Notes: generated by a model from the sequence alone, not told the origin. Shown: positions 18,012 to 28,504, numbered from the stretch's first letter. The stretch is 60,104 nucleotides of DNA from Novosphingobium sp. (GCA_046063275.1 JBJTLY010000355.1:1-60104); one strand, 5' to 3'. Translations and numbers: made by a program.

Positions 18012-19742
18012 GTGGCACATTATGACCTGATTATCCGCGGCGGAACAGTGATCGACGGGACTGGTGCCGACGGCCGCGTAGCCGATGTTGCGGTCAAAGA
18101 CGGGCGCATCGCCGCGATCGGTTCCGATCTGGGCGAGGCGGATGAGGTAATTGAAGCCCCGGGCAAGCTCGTCACCCCTGGGTTCGTCGATGTCCACACC
18201 CATTTCGATGGCCAAGTCACCTGGGACAGCCGCCTTGCGCCAAGTTCGGGTCATGGGGTCACCACCGCCGTAATGGGCAACTGCGGCGTGGGTTTCGCGC
18301 CCTGCCGTCCCGAGCAGCGCGGCGATCTGGTCAAGCTGATGGAGGGGGTGGAGGACATCCCCGAAGTGGTGATGACCGAAGGCCTGCCGTGGAACTGGGA
18401 GACCTTTCCCGAATTTCTCGATGCTTTGGCTGAGCGTCACCTAGACATCGACATTGCTGCGCAGATCCCGCATTCGGCGCTGCGCGTCTACGTGATGGGC
18501 GATCGCGCGGTGCGCAAGGAAGCGCCGACTGCCGATGATCTTGCTCAGATGCGCGGTCTGGTCGCCGAGGGAATCCGCGCTGGCGGATTCGGGGTGACCA
18601 CCTCGCGCAACGTGATGCACCGCACTCGCGCGGGCGAAATCGCGCCGAGCCTCTATTCGGACGTCGATGAGCTTTGCGCACTCGCCGACGGCCTCAGCGA
18701 TGCCGACGCCGGGGTGTTCCAGATCATCCCCGCGCCAGCCGAACCCGCCGAGGTTGAATTCCCGATCCTGCGCCAGATCGCCGAGCACAGTGGTCGGCCG
18801 ATCTCGTTCACCCTGCTCGAGGTGGGCAGCCAGCCGGGGGCGGGGTGGCGGCATCACCTTGAGGGTTTGACGCAGGCGGCGAACGATGGCCTGACCATGC
18901 GCGGTCAGGTTGCGCCGCGGCCGGTCGGCATGTTCTTCGGTCTCGACGTCAGCTTGCACGCCTTCAGCAGCCACCCCAGTTACAAGCCCATCGCTCACCT
19001 GCCTCTCGCCGAGCGCGTCGCAAAGATGCGCGATGCCGCATTCCGCGCGCAGCTGCTCTCCGAGAACGCCGAAGACACTAACCCGACGACGCTGGCGTTG
19101 ATCGACGCTTTCCGCGGGGCCTATCAATGGGATGACGAGCCCAATTACGAGCCGAGCCGCGAGCACCGCGTTGACGAGCGCGCCAAGGTGGCCGGGCTGA
19201 CGATTGCCGAATATGCCTACGATGCGCTGCTTGTCCGCGATGGGCATGCGCTGTTCTACCTGCCTGCCGCGAATTACACCGAAGGCAACCTTGATGCGGT
19301 GCGCGAGATGCTCGGCCATCCCTCGACGGTGATGGCGCTGGCCGATGGCGGTGCGCATTACGGGCTGATCTGCGACGCCAGCTTCCCGACCTTTTACCTG
19401 CAGCGCTGGGTCCGCGATGCCTCCGAAGCCGAACGCATCCCGTTGGCGCAGGCCATAGCCGAGCTGACCAGCAAGCCCGCTGCGCTGATTGGCATGACCG
19501 ACCGCGGCCGCATTGCGGTAGGCATGAAGGCCGATCTCAACGTGATCGATCTCGCCGCACTCAAGGTCAAGGTGCCGACGATTGCCTATGATCTCCCCGC
19601 TGGCGGCAAGCGCATGCAGCAGGGCGCGGAAGGGATCTTGGCCACGATTGTCTCCGGCGTGGTGACCTATCGCAACGGCGAACACACCGGGGCGCTTCCC
19701 GGGCGGCTCGTGCGTCGCGGCGGGGACCGGTTGGCGGCTTGA
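18012..19742 (+). CDS. N-acyl-D-amino-acid deacylase family amidohydrolase
   Basis: GTG after GAGGAGA; [34 protein letters not shown]. Confidence 0.88.
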   Translation: MAHYDLIIRGGTVIDGTGADGRVADVAVKDGRIAAIGSDLGEADEVIEAPGKLVTPGFVDVHTHFDGQVTWDSRLAPSSGHGVTTAVMGNCGVGFAPCRPEQRGDLVKLMEGVEDIPEVVMTEGLPWNWETFPEFLDALAERHLDIDIAAQIPHSALRVYVMGDRAVRKEAPTADDLAQMRGLVAEGIRAGGFGVTTSRNVMHRTRAGEIAPSLYSDVDELCALADGLSDADAGVFQIIPAPAEPAEVEFPILRQIAEHSGRPISFTLLEVGSQPGAGWRHHLEGLTQAANDGLTMRGQVAPRPVGMFFGLDVSLHAFSSHPSYKPIAHLPLAERVAKMRDAAFRAQLLSENAEDTNPTTLALIDAFRGAYQWDDEPNYEPSREHRVDERAKVAGLTIAEYAYDALLVRDGHALFYLPAANYTEGNLDAVREMLGHPSTVMALADGGAHYGLICDASFPTFYLQRWVRDASEAERIPLAQAIAELTSKPAALIGMTDRGRIAVGMKADLNVIDLAALKVKVPTIAYDLPAGGKRMQQGAEGILATIVSGVVTYRNGEHTGALPGRLVRRGGDRLAA

Positions 19743-20161
19743 AGCGGCGGCTCAAGATCTATTTCGATGGCGGATGCCGGCCCAATCCCGGCCCGATCGA
19801 GGTGGCCGTTGTCGCGCAGGGAGAGGCGCATTTCCACGACGATCTCGGCAGCGGAAGCAACACCGAAGCCGAATGGTACGCGCTGATCAAGGCTGCACAG
19901 CTGGCATGCCAAATGGGCGCGGGACCTGTCGAGCTGATCGGCGATTCATTGGGGGTCATCGCGCAGGCAAACGGCAAGGCCAAGTGCCGGGGAGACCGCG
20001 CAATCGAGCTGCGGGCGGCCTATTTGCAACTGGCTGCGGCGATTCCCGAACTGCGCCTGCGCTGGTCGGCGAGAAGCCAGAATCTCGCCGGAATAGCGCT
20101 TGAAGGCAGGCGTCAATTTCCCGTCGCAGAGAAAGCCTTGGCGAAACGTACAAATGATTGA
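19739..20161 (+). CDS. RNase HI-like (RVT_3-type) protein
   Basis: YFDGGCRPNPG, SNTEAEWYAL, LIGDS; TTGA overlap with the upstream gene. Confidence 0.75.
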   Translation: MKRRLKIYFDGGCRPNPGPIEVAVVAQGEAHFHDDLGSGSNTEAEWYALIKAAQLACQMGAGPVELIGDSLGVIAQANGKAKCRGDRAIELRAAYLQLAAAIPELRLRWSARSQNLAGIALEGRRQFPVAEKALAKRTND

Positions 20162-20355
20162 AATAATTGTTTCCATTTCATACGAATTCAAACAACTGAT
20201 CTTGCGAAGCCGCGTATTTGACTTGCGCATGACGCTCCGGAACCGGTAGCGGCGCGGTCAACCTCGACTGGGCTGGATCAGATCGTCCGAGCTCAAAGTC
20301 GAACGGGTCCGGGTCGCTCTGGAGCCGGGCAAGGGAAGGGAGTTTGCCGAGCCTG

Positions 20356-22434
20356 ATGGCGACACATCACTGCCTCCACGGGCGCAGCAGCTCGCTTGTC
20401 CTCGAACTGGCCGAGGGCGGTGCGCCGCTGTGGCGTTATTGGGGGCCGCGTCTCGGAGATGCGGTGGTGACGGGCCAGCCGCTTTCCGGACAGGCATGGC
20501 ACCTGGGCTTTCATCTCGATCCACCCGAACGGCTGTCGGTCTTCCCCGGCGGCGGGCTGGGCTGGTTCGGGCGCAGCGCGCTCGAAGCGCACCGTGACGG
20601 GCGTGATTTCACCCTGGCGCTTGAGACCTGCAGCGTCGAGCGCAAGGACAACGCGCTCGCCATCGTGCTGGTCGATCCGCTCGCCCAGATCGAGCTGGTG
20701 CTGACCCTGTCGCTTGATCCGGTGAACGATGTCCTGACCTGCAGCACCCGGATTACCAATCGTGGTTCCACACCGCTCGACGTGCAATGGCTCGCCAGCG
20801 CGGTGCTGCCGCTGCCGCCGGCTGCAAGCGCTGTACGCTACTACGGCGGGCGCCACGCGGGCGAATTCGAGCCGTGCGAGGATGCACTCGGCATCGCCAC
20901 CTGGTCACGCACCAACCGCCACGGGCTGACCTCGCACAGCGCCTTTCCCGGCGCGGTGGTGGTCGAAGCAGGCACCACGGAACATGGCGGTACCGCCTAT
21001 GCCGCGCAGCTTGCCTGGTCGGGCAATCACGTTCTTGAAATCGAACGCTGCGATGATGGCGGGCGGCAATGGCAGCTTGGCCTGGCGCTCGCCCCCGGTG
21101 AACTGCGGCTCGCCGCGGGTGAGACCCTTGACGCGCCGCAGGTTGTGGCGACCTGCTCGGTCGAGGGTTGGCAGGGCGCAGCGCGCAATTTTCACGCCGC
21201 GGCCCGAGCGAAAATGGTCTGGCCCGGCCGTGAGCGGCTACCGCGCCCGGTGCACTTCAACACCTGGGAAGGCTGCTATTTCGATCACGATGAGGCCACC
21301 TTGCGCGCGCTAGCGGACGGCGCCGCTGCGCTGGGGATCGAACGCTTCGTGCTCGATGATGGCTGGTTCCACCGCCGCAATGACGATACCAGTTCGCTCG
21401 GCGATTGGTGGCCGGATGCAGCGAAGTACCCGAACGGTCTCCGTCCACTCGCCGATCATGTGATCGGCCTCGGCATGGAGTTCGGGTTATGGTTCGAGCC
21501 CGAAATGGTCAATCCCGATAGCGACCTTTACCGCGCACATCCGGACTGGGCGCTGCAGGTGGACGGCCGCCCACAGCAGCTTAGCCGCAACCAGCTGGTG
21601 CTCGATCTGACCCGAAGCGAGGTGCGCGATTACTTGTTCGAGGCAATCGCCAAGGTTTTGCGCGAGGTGCCGGTGTCGTACATCAAGTGGGATCACAACC
21701 GCGATCTCGTCGCCACCGGGGATGCCAGCGGCCTACCTGCGTTCCGGCGTCAGGTTCTGGCCTATTACGACCTCATCGGGCGGCTGCGCGCGGCATTCCC
21801 GGCGGTCGAGATCGAATGCTGCGCAGGTGGCGGCGGGCGGATTGACATGGGGGTCCTGCCTTATGTCCAGCGCTTCTGGCCCAGCGACAACATCGACGCG
21901 CTGTCCCGCATCGAAATCCAGCGCGGGTTCCTGCAGTTCCTGCCGCCCGAAGTGATGGGTTCGCACATCGGCGCTTCGCCCGCGCACACCACCGGGCGGC
22001 GCCACACTCTGGACTTCCGCGCAGCCGTGGCGATGCAGGGGCATCTCGGCATCGAACTTGACCTGACCAAGCTCGACGCCGACGAGACGGCACGGGTTAC
22101 CGAGTGGATCGCCTGCTACAAGGAATGGCGTCACTTGCTCCATGGCGAGGTGTGGACCGGCACCTTCGAGGATGGGCTGTGCTGGCACGCGGCGGGGAGC
22201 GCCGATGAGTGGCTGCTCATCGTCTACCGCACCCAGCCTTCGCGTCTGCGCTTTGCTCCGCCGGCACGCTTGCCCTTTGCCGCGAGTGACCGCACCTATT
22301 CGGTCCGGCGGATCGGCCCCGGCCGGGTCGATGAGGAGCAAACCTGGTCGGGCAGCTGGCTTGCCCGGCACGGCCTGTCCGTGCCGCCAATGCTCGCCGA
22401 GCGGGCCGCAATTTATCACGGGACCAGCCAATGA
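20356..22434 (+). CDS. Alpha-galactosidase, glycoside hydrolase family 36
   Basis: FNTWEG, FVLDDGWF, FGLWFEPEMVN, YIKWDHNR, ECCAGGGGRID, WPSDNID. Confidence 0.93.
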   Translation: MATHHCLHGRSSSLVLELAEGGAPLWRYWGPRLGDAVVTGQPLSGQAWHLGFHLDPPERLSVFPGGGLGWFGRSALEAHRDGRDFTLALETCSVERKDNALAIVLVDPLAQIELVLTLSLDPVNDVLTCSTRITNRGSTPLDVQWLASAVLPLPPAASAVRYYGGRHAGEFEPCEDALGIATWSRTNRHGLTSHSAFPGAVVVEAGTTEHGGTAYAAQLAWSGNHVLEIERCDDGGRQWQLGLALAPGELRLAAGETLDAPQVVATCSVEGWQGAARNFHAAARAKMVWPGRERLPRPVHFNTWEGCYFDHDEATLRALADGAAALGIERFVLDDGWFHRRNDDTSSLGDWWPDAAKYPNGLRPLADHVIGLGMEFGLWFEPEMVNPDSDLYRAHPDWALQVDGRPQQLSRNQLVLDLTRSEVRDYLFEAIAKVLREVPVSYIKWDHNRDLVATGDASGLPAFRRQVLAYYDLIGRLRAAFPAVEIECCAGGGGRIDMGVLPYVQRFWPSDNIDALSRIEIQRGFLQFLPPEVMGSHIGASPAHTTGRRHTLDFRAAVAMQGHLGIELDLTKLDADETARVTEWIACYKEWRHLLHGEVWTGTFEDGLCWHAAGSADEWLLIVYRTQPSRLRFAPPARLPFAASDRTYSVRRIGPGRVDEEQTWSGSWLARHGLSVPPMLAERAAIYHGTSQ

Positions 22435-23447
22435 CTTTCGACCCCGATCAGCATTCGCACCGGCGTTATGATCCGCTGGGCGACGAATGGATTCTGGTTT
22501 CGCCGCAGCGGACCCAGCGGCCGTGGCTGGGTGAACTGGACGACAGCACAGCAGCCGCCGCGCCGTCTTACGATCCGGACTGCTACCTGTGTCCCGGGAA
22601 TACCCGGGCCAATGGCGTCACCAATCCGGCTTACACGGGGCCTTTCGTCTTCGCGAATGACTTCCCGGCGCTGCAGGCCGAAGTGCCGGATGGGGGAGTG
22701 AGCGAGGATCTGCTGCTGCGCTCCGCCCCCGCGCGGGGCGAGGCGCGGGTGATCTGCTTTTCGCCCGATCATGCCCGCACACTTCCAGACCTCAGTGATG
22801 ACGAGATTGCGGCAGTGGTTGATTGCTGGTGCGGTCAGGCGGCAGAACTGGGCAGCCGCTATGCTTGGGTGCAGATTTTCGAAAACAAGGGCGCCGTCAT
22901 GGGCTGCTCCAACCCGCATCCGCACGGGCAGGTCTGGGCGACTGATGCCCTGCCGCAGCTCCCGGCGACCGAGCACCGCACGCAAGGGCGCTGGTGGCAC
23001 GAGCACCGCCGGGCGATGTTGCTTGAAGTGGCGGAACGCGAAGCGGGCGGGCCGCGCAGTGTGGTGGAGACTGAAAGCTGGACCGCGATCGTACCCTATT
23101 GGGCGAAGTGGCCGTTCGAAACGCTGCTGCTGCCGCGTTTTCCGGTGCAGCGCCTGCCCGACCTGACCGCACCGCAGCGCCGTAATCTCGCAGCGGCGAT
23201 CGGCGCATTGACCCGTTGTTATGACGCTCTGTTCCAGACCAGCTTCCCCTATTCGATGGGCTGGCACGGCGCGCCGTTCGATGGAGAAGATCACCCCGAA
23301 TGGCAGCTCCACGCGCATTTCTATCCGCCCCTGCTGCGCTCGGCGACGATCAAGAAGTTCATGGTCGGGTACGAGATGCTGGCGGAAGCCCAGCGCGACA
23401 TCACCGCTGAACAGGCCGCTGCACGGCTGCGTGAGGCGGCGCGATGA
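22431..23447 (+). CDS. galT: Galactose-1-phosphate uridylyltransferase
   Basis: HRRYDPL, CYLCPGN, FENKGAVMGCSNPHPHGQ, KKFMVGYE. Confidence 0.96.
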   Translation: MTFDPDQHSHRRYDPLGDEWILVSPQRTQRPWLGELDDSTAAAAPSYDPDCYLCPGNTRANGVTNPAYTGPFVFANDFPALQAEVPDGGVSEDLLLRSAPARGEARVICFSPDHARTLPDLSDDEIAAVVDCWCGQAAELGSRYAWVQIFENKGAVMGCSNPHPHGQVWATDALPQLPATEHRTQGRWWHEHRRAMLLEVAEREAGGPRSVVETESWTAIVPYWAKWPFETLLLPRFPVQRLPDLTAPQRRNLAAAIGALTRCYDALFQTSFPYSMGWHGAPFDGEDHPEWQLHAHFYPPLLRSATIKKFMVGYEMLAEAQRDITAEQAAARLREAAR

Positions 23448-24595
23448 TCTCTCTCAAGGACAAGGTCGAAGCCGGCTTCCACAACGCTTTCGGGACGGCG
23501 CCCGAACTGGTCGCTGCGGCACCGGGACGGGTCAACCTGATCGGCGAACACACCGATTACAACGATGGTTTCGTCATGCCGATGGGCATCGGCGCTGGCA
23601 CCCTGGTCGCAGCCCGAGCGCGGAATGACGCGGTGGTGCGGGTCGCGGCGCTCGATCTGGGCGCGACATGCGAGTTTCCACTGGCGGGTCCGGTCCCGCA
23701 TGCCCCGGCCGGTGACTGGAGCAACTATGTCCGCGGGGTGGCGGCCGCGCTGATCGCAAGCGGAGTGCAGTTGACCGGCGCCGATCTCGCGATTGCCGGC
23801 AACGTTCCGCAAGGCGCCGGGCTGTCGTCTTCGGCCTCGCTCGAGGTAGCGACCGGGCTGGCACTCGCTGCGCTGGCCGGGCAACCCGATCTTGATCGCA
23901 CCGCCCTGGCGCTAGCCGGCCAAAGCGCCGAACATAACTACGCCGGGTGCCAATGCGGGATAATGGACCAGTTGGTTTCTGCGCGCGCGGAGACTGGCAA
24001 TGCGGTGCTGATCGATTGCCGGGACCTGAGCGTCCAGGCTGTGCCGATGCCTAAGGACCTCGCAGTGCTGATCGTCCATTCGGGGATCAAACGCGGGCTG
24101 GTCGACGGTGAATACAATCTGCGCCGCCAGCAATGCGAGGCCGCTGCTGCGGCGATGCAGGTGGCGGCGCTGCGCGATGCCGATACCCAGATGCTTGTTG
24201 CCGGGCGCAAGGCGATGGACCCGGTCGTGTTCAAGCGCGCTCGCCATGTCATCACCGAGAACGCCCGCGCGCTTGCGGCGGCTGAAGCGCTGACATCGGG
24301 TGACCTTGCCTCGCTCGGACGCTTGATGGCCGCTTCGCATGCTTCGATGCGCGATGACTTCGAAATCACTACGCCCGAGATAGATGCCCTGGCGGAGCAG
24401 ATGGCGAGGTTTCTCGGCAGGCGCGGTGGAGCGCGGATGACCGGGGGCGGCTTCGGCGGCGCGGTGATCGCGATTGCCCGGCGGGACGATATCGAGGCGC
24501 TACGTGACGAAGTCGCGCTCGTCTATCGCACCCCCGATGGCGAAGTGCCGCAGATGATGATCGAGGTCCCGGCGCCTGGTGCCCGGTTGCTTTAG
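23444..24595 (+). CDS. galK: Galactokinase
   Basis: APGRVNLIGEHTDYN, PQGAGLSSSAS, CGIMDQ, GARMTGGGFGG. Confidence 0.96.
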   Translation: MISLKDKVEAGFHNAFGTAPELVAAAPGRVNLIGEHTDYNDGFVMPMGIGAGTLVAARARNDAVVRVAALDLGATCEFPLAGPVPHAPAGDWSNYVRGVAAALIASGVQLTGADLAIAGNVPQGAGLSSSASLEVATGLALAALAGQPDLDRTALALAGQSAEHNYAGCQCGIMDQLVSARAETGNAVLIDCRDLSVQAVPMPKDLAVLIVHSGIKRGLVDGEYNLRRQQCEAAAAAMQVAALRDADTQMLVAGRKAMDPVVFKRARHVITENARALAAAEALTSGDLASLGRLMAASHASMRDDFEITTPEIDALAEQMARFLGRRGGARMTGGGFGGAVIAIARRDDIEALRDEVALVYRTPDGEVPQMMIEVPAPGARLL

Positions 24596-24607
24596 GCGGA
24601 GCGAGAA

Positions 24608-25672
24608 TTGGACCCGGCGGTAAGGATCGAACCCTTCGGCACGACCGATGCCGGCGAAGCGGTTGACGCAGTCGTCCTGACCAATGCGACCGGCATGCTG
24701 GTCCGCATCCTGACTTTTGGCGCAACGATCCAATCGGTCATCGTTCCTGATCGCGAAGGGAATCTGGCCGATGTGACCCTCGGCTATCCGACTGCGGAAG
24801 GCTATTGCGCCGACCCGCACTACTTCGGGGCGACGATCGGCCGGGTTGCGAACCGCATTGCCGGAGGGCGCTTTGCGATTGACGGGCAAGCGATCCAGGT
24901 TTCGTGCAACGACGGCGCAAACTCGCTGCATGGCGGTGGCGAAGGGTTCGACAAGCGCTGCTGGTCGTTGGTCGAAACGCGCGGGGGCGATCGGCCGGGG
25001 GTTACCCTGCGCCTGGTCAGCCCGGACGGGGATCAGGGCTATCCCGGAACCTTGGCCGTGACCGCAGAATTTGTGCTCGAGCCCGACAACCGCCTGACAA
25101 TCAACTACCAAGCGATGACCGACCGGGTGACGATGGTCAACCTGACCAACCACGCCTACTGGAACCTTCAAGGCGAAGGCTCTCCCGGTAATGCGCTTGG
25201 CCACCTGCTTGAAATTCCCGCAAAAGCGTTCCTTGCAACCGATGCGGGTTCGATCCCCACCGGTGAATTTGTGCCGGTTCGCGGCAGTCCGTTCGACTTC
25301 AGATCGGCGCGGCCTATCTTGGACGGTATCAACGCCCGGCATCCGCAAATCGAAGTGGGGCACGGCTATGACCATAACTGGGTGCTGCAGCCGGCCTCCG
25401 GCCTGCGGCTCGCCGCGCGCCTTCATGATCCGAAGTCGGGCCGGGTACTGGAAGTGCGTACCGATAAACCCGGCGTGCAATTCTATTCGGGCAATTTTCT
25501 TGGCGGATTTTTGGCGGGCAAGTCGGGGCGGCCTTACCACCCGGGGGACGGTGTCGCGATCGAGCCACAGGACTTCCCGGATAGCCCGAACCATCCCGAA
25601 TTCGCTTCGATCCGCCTCGATCCGGGGCAGACTTATTGCCATCAGATCGAATTCGCTTTTGCCGTTGTTTAG
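24608..25672 (+). CDS. galM: Aldose 1-epimerase (galactose mutarotase)
   Basis: GRVANRI, LHGG, NLTNHAYWNL, GYDHN, QFYSGN, EPQ. Confidence 0.93.
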   Translation: MDPAVRIEPFGTTDAGEAVDAVVLTNATGMLVRILTFGATIQSVIVPDREGNLADVTLGYPTAEGYCADPHYFGATIGRVANRIAGGRFAIDGQAIQVSCNDGANSLHGGGEGFDKRCWSLVETRGGDRPGVTLRLVSPDGDQGYPGTLAVTAEFVLEPDNRLTINYQAMTDRVTMVNLTNHAYWNLQGEGSPGNALGHLLEIPAKAFLATDAGSIPTGEFVPVRGSPFDFRSARPILDGINARHPQIEVGHGYDHNWVLQPASGLRLAARLHDPKSGRVLEVRTDKPGVQFYSGNFLGGFLAGKSGRPYHPGDGVAIEPQDFPDSPNHPEFASIRLDPGQTYCHQIEFAFAVV

Positions 25673-25764
25673 AAGCGCAAATCTGCTCGACCGCGCGACG
25701 CGACTCGCGGTTATTTGAAATCCGCTCGGTTCACGGGGCCTCCCAAGTCAGGCCGATCTCCAAC

Positions 25765-25794
25765 AAAAAGGGGGCCGGAATTCTCCGGCCCCCT
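25765..25794 (-). terminator. Rho-independent terminator of ompA (possibly bidirectional)
   Basis: 11-bp stem AGGGGGCCGGA / TCCGGCCCCCT, 4-nt loop, U-run on the minus strand. Confidence 0.8.
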
Positions 25795-25820
25795 GATTGT
25801 GTTTGGCGTGAGCCTTTGGC

Positions 25821-26963
25821 TTACATGCCCGAACCCGGACCGTAGGTGATTTCCACCCGGCGGTTCTGGAGTTCGCGGACACCGTCGGCGGTCGGCACGC
25901 GGTTGTTGCTTTCGCCGAAGCCCTGGCTCGAGATCGCCGCGCCCGGGACGCCGTGGCTGGTGAGATAGCCGGTGACCGAGGCGTTGCGGCGGTCCGACAG
26001 ACCCTGGTTGTACTGGGTCGAACCCGAACGGTCGGTGTAACCGGCGAGCATGATCGGCACGTTGGCGCAATTGCCATAGGCGGTAACCGCGCTGTCGAGG
26101 ATCGTTGCCGCTTCGGGCGTGATGTCCGACTTGTCCCAATCGAAGAACACGATGTACGGGCCCTTCTCGCACATCACGACCGGGGGAGGCGGCGGGGGAG
26201 GTGGCGGCGGAGGAGGTGGCGGCGGGGGCGGCGGCGGCGGTGCAGCCTCGTGACCACCGAAGTTGAAGCCGAAGGTCAGCAGGAGCGAGTGCGAGCGCCA
26301 GCGCGTATGAACAGCGCGGCTATCGGTATCGACCAGATTGACACCAGGGGCGTTGAAGAAGCGATACTTGAGACCCAGGTCGACCACATGGTTTACCGGG
26401 ACGCGGACACCGGCAAGCGCCTGCCAGGCAAATCCCGTGTGAGAGTCATCGAGCCAGCCGGGGCCGGACGATTCGACCGAAACGCGGTAGCGCGATTCGG
26501 CGATGCCGGCACCGCCCCCCACGAAGCCCTGAAGGCCGTCGTCGGCACCGAAGTCAAGCAAGCCGTTGAGCATCAGGCTGCGCGATTCGGCCCCACTTTC
26601 GGGCTTGCCCGTGCCATCACCAACGAACTGGTTGGCAAAGCCAATGAACGTGTCGCGACCGCTGATGCCAGTTTTCCCCGGAATGCGGACCGCGGTCGTC
26701 AGGGACTTCGGGGCAGCCTTGCGCCAGCTGGCTTCGGCCTCGAGACGGAACGCGCCAAAGTCGTGCCCAACAATGCCGCCAATATCGGGACCGGTGGCCC
26801 ATTCAATAGTGGCAGCATTAGCCACAGCGCCGATGTCGAAGCGCGTGGTTTCGATCTTGGTCGCACCAGCGTCGAGTTCGACGTACCATGAATCATCGCG
26901 GGCCAGCGCGGGCGAGGCGACCATTGTGCTGGCCAAGAAGGCTGCAACCAGAGTTTTCTTCAT
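25821..26963 (-). CDS. ompA: OmpA family outer membrane protein
   Basis: Signal peptide MKKTLVAAFLA, beta-barrel, 20-Pro linker, OmpA_C domain (FFDWDKS, GYTDRSG, NQGLSDRR, NRRVEI). Confidence 0.92.
   Translation of the reverse strand: MKKTLVAAFLASTMVASPALARDDSWYVELDAGATKIETTRFDIGAVANAATIEWATGPDIGGIVGHDFGAFRLEAEASWRKAAPKSLTTAVRIPGKTGISGRDTFIGFANQFVGDGTGKPESGAESRSLMLNGLLDFGADDGLQGFVGGGAGIAESRYRVSVESSGPGWLDDSHTGFAWQALAGVRVPVNHVVDLGLKYRFFNAPGVNLVDTDSRAVHTRWRSHSLLLTFGFNFGGHEAAPPPPPPPPPPPPPPPPPPPPVVMCEKGPYIVFFDWDKSDITPEAATILDSAVTAYGNCANVPIMLAGYTDRSGSTQYNQGLSDRRNASVTGYLTSHGVPGAAISSQGFGESNNRVPTADGVRELQNRRVEITYGPGSGM
26181..26240 (-). repeat. Poly-proline (20 consecutive Pro codons) linker
   Basis: 60 nt of mixed CCG/CCA/CCT/CCC codons between the barrel and the periplasmic domain. 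Confidence 0.9.
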
Positions 26964-27232
26964 CGTTTTATACCCCATGTTTCGCCCGAAAAGCCCTGAA
27001 AGGCGGGGCAGACCATCGCAAATTGTCACGAAATGTAGTCCAAGGCAAGAAGTTAACCCACTTCGTTAGCCGACAAAATTGCCTCTTTGTACGAAGCAAA
27101 CATGTTGGTGGCGAAAACGCAACACTGCGAGTGGACTAGAGAATGATATCGGCCCTCGTCGCGGTAAGCAGACGTCCGCTCTTACTGCATCAGCAGGCCC
27201 CCGATGCGCCTGTTTTCCGCACAATACGAAGG

Positions 27233-28504
27233 TCAAAGCAACCAGTCGGCGGCTCCCCCGAGGACACGCTTTATGTCGGCAAGCGTTCCTTGCGGCTGCA
27301 ACAGTGCACGCAGTCTGCCTTCGCCCATCGCCAGGAATTCCCGATGGGCGACCGCCAGCACAACCAGGTCGTAAGTCCGCTCAAGCGCCGACGGATCGAG
27401 GGTCAGGCCAAACTCTTCCTGCGCATGCGCCGAATCGGCGTGCGGATCGTAAACAGTCACCTCGTGACCCAATGCGCCGAGCCCGGCGACAAGATCGGCA
27501 ACCTTGCTGTTTCTGAGGTCCGGAATGTCTTCCTTGAAGGTCAACCCCAGGACCAGCACGCTACCGGGCACACCGCCTCGGGCCCGATGCAGTTCGCCCG
27601 CGATCCACCCCGCCATGGCATCGTTGATCCCGCGGCCTGCCAGGATCACTTGCGGATCGATCCCGAGCTTCTGCGCGCAATAGGCAAGGTAATAGGGATC
27701 GATCCCGATGCAGTGGCCACCGACCAAACCTGGCTGAAAGTCGAGAAAGTTCCACTTGGTCTTGGCCGCCGCGAGGACATCTTTGGTCGCAATCCCGCTG
27801 CGGGCAAAGATTTGCGCGATCTCGTTCATGAAGGCGATGTTGATGTCACGCTGGGCGTTTTCGATCACCTTCGCGGCCTCGGCAACCTTGATCGAACTGG
27901 CTTTGAAGATGCGCCCGCCGTTGACCGCGGCGTAGAGCTGGGCAACGCGCTCCAGCACTTCATCGGTCTGCCCTGACACCACCTTGGTAATCTTGTCGAC
28001 CGTGTGTTCGCGGTCTCCGGGATTGATCCGTTCCGGGCTGTAGCCGAGGAAGAAATCGCGCCCGCAGACGAGACCCGATGCAGCTTCCAGTTCCGGGCCG
28101 CAGATATCTTCGGTCACGCCCGGGTAGACCGTGCTTTCGAACACCACGACCGGTTTACGGCCATCGGCGGTGGCGCGAGGCAAGGCTTGGCCTACGGTGC
28201 GGCTTGCCGCCCTGACCAGTGCCAGATCCGGTTGGTTGTCGCAGTCGATCGGGGTCGGCACGGTGACGATGTAGAAATCGCACGGGGGGCATTGAGCGAG
28301 AGCGGTGGAAAGCTGCAATTGGCTTTCTTTGAGCACGGCGGATTCGATTTCACCGGTGCGGTCATGGCCGTCAGCCAGCTCGGCGATCCGCGAAGCATCA
28401 ATGTCGATACCATGGCACGGGTAATGGCGGGCCAGGGCCAGGGCCAATGGCAGTCCGACATAGCCCAGGCCGACGACAGCAACGCGATTGGACTGGCTTT
28501 GCAT
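27233..28504 (-). CDS. UDP-N-acetylhexosamine 6-dehydrogenase (TviB/WbpO-like)
   Basis: VVGLGYVGLP, FESTVYPG, YSPERINPG, AKVIENAQRD, GGHCIGIDPYYL, GLTFKE. Confidence 0.9.
   Translation of the reverse strand: MQSQSNRVAVVGLGYVGLPLALALARHYPCHGIDIDASRIAELADGHDRTGEIESAVLKESQLQLSTALAQCPPCDFYIVTVPTPIDCDNQPDLALVRAASRTVGQALPRATADGRKPVVVFESTVYPGVTEDICGPELEAASGLVCGRDFFLGYSPERINPGDREHTVDKITKVVSGQTDEVLERVAQLYAAVNGGRIFKASSIKVAEAAKVIENAQRDINIAFMNEIAQIFARSGIATKDVLAAAKTKWNFLDFQPGLVGGHCIGIDPYYLAYCAQKLGIDPQVILAGRGINDAMAGWIAGELHRARGGVPGSVLVLGLTFKEDIPDLRNSKVADLVAGLGALGHEVTVYDPHADSAHAQEEFGLTLDPSALERTYDLVVLAVAHREFLAMGEGRLRALLQPQGTLADIKRVLGGAADWLL

Noticed and set aside
19739-20161. Retroelement, suggested by the reverse-transcriptase-like family name
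   Set aside because: Only an RNase H fold; no RT motifs (YADD) or element ends.
20200-20355. Possible gene remnant or riboswitch upstream of the alpha-galactosidase
   Set aside because: One frame looks vaguely protein-like (SELKVERVRVALEP) but has no start or recognisable family, and no known RNA motif was identified.
25690-25716. Hairpin after galM as a terminator
   Set aside because: Only 6 contiguous pairs with internal mismatches; the stronger hairpin at 25769-25794 can serve both genes.
26181-26240. GGC-rich tract as tandem repeat array or contingency locus
   Set aside because: Mixed synonymous Pro codons inside ompA; no spacer structure or pure repeat unit.
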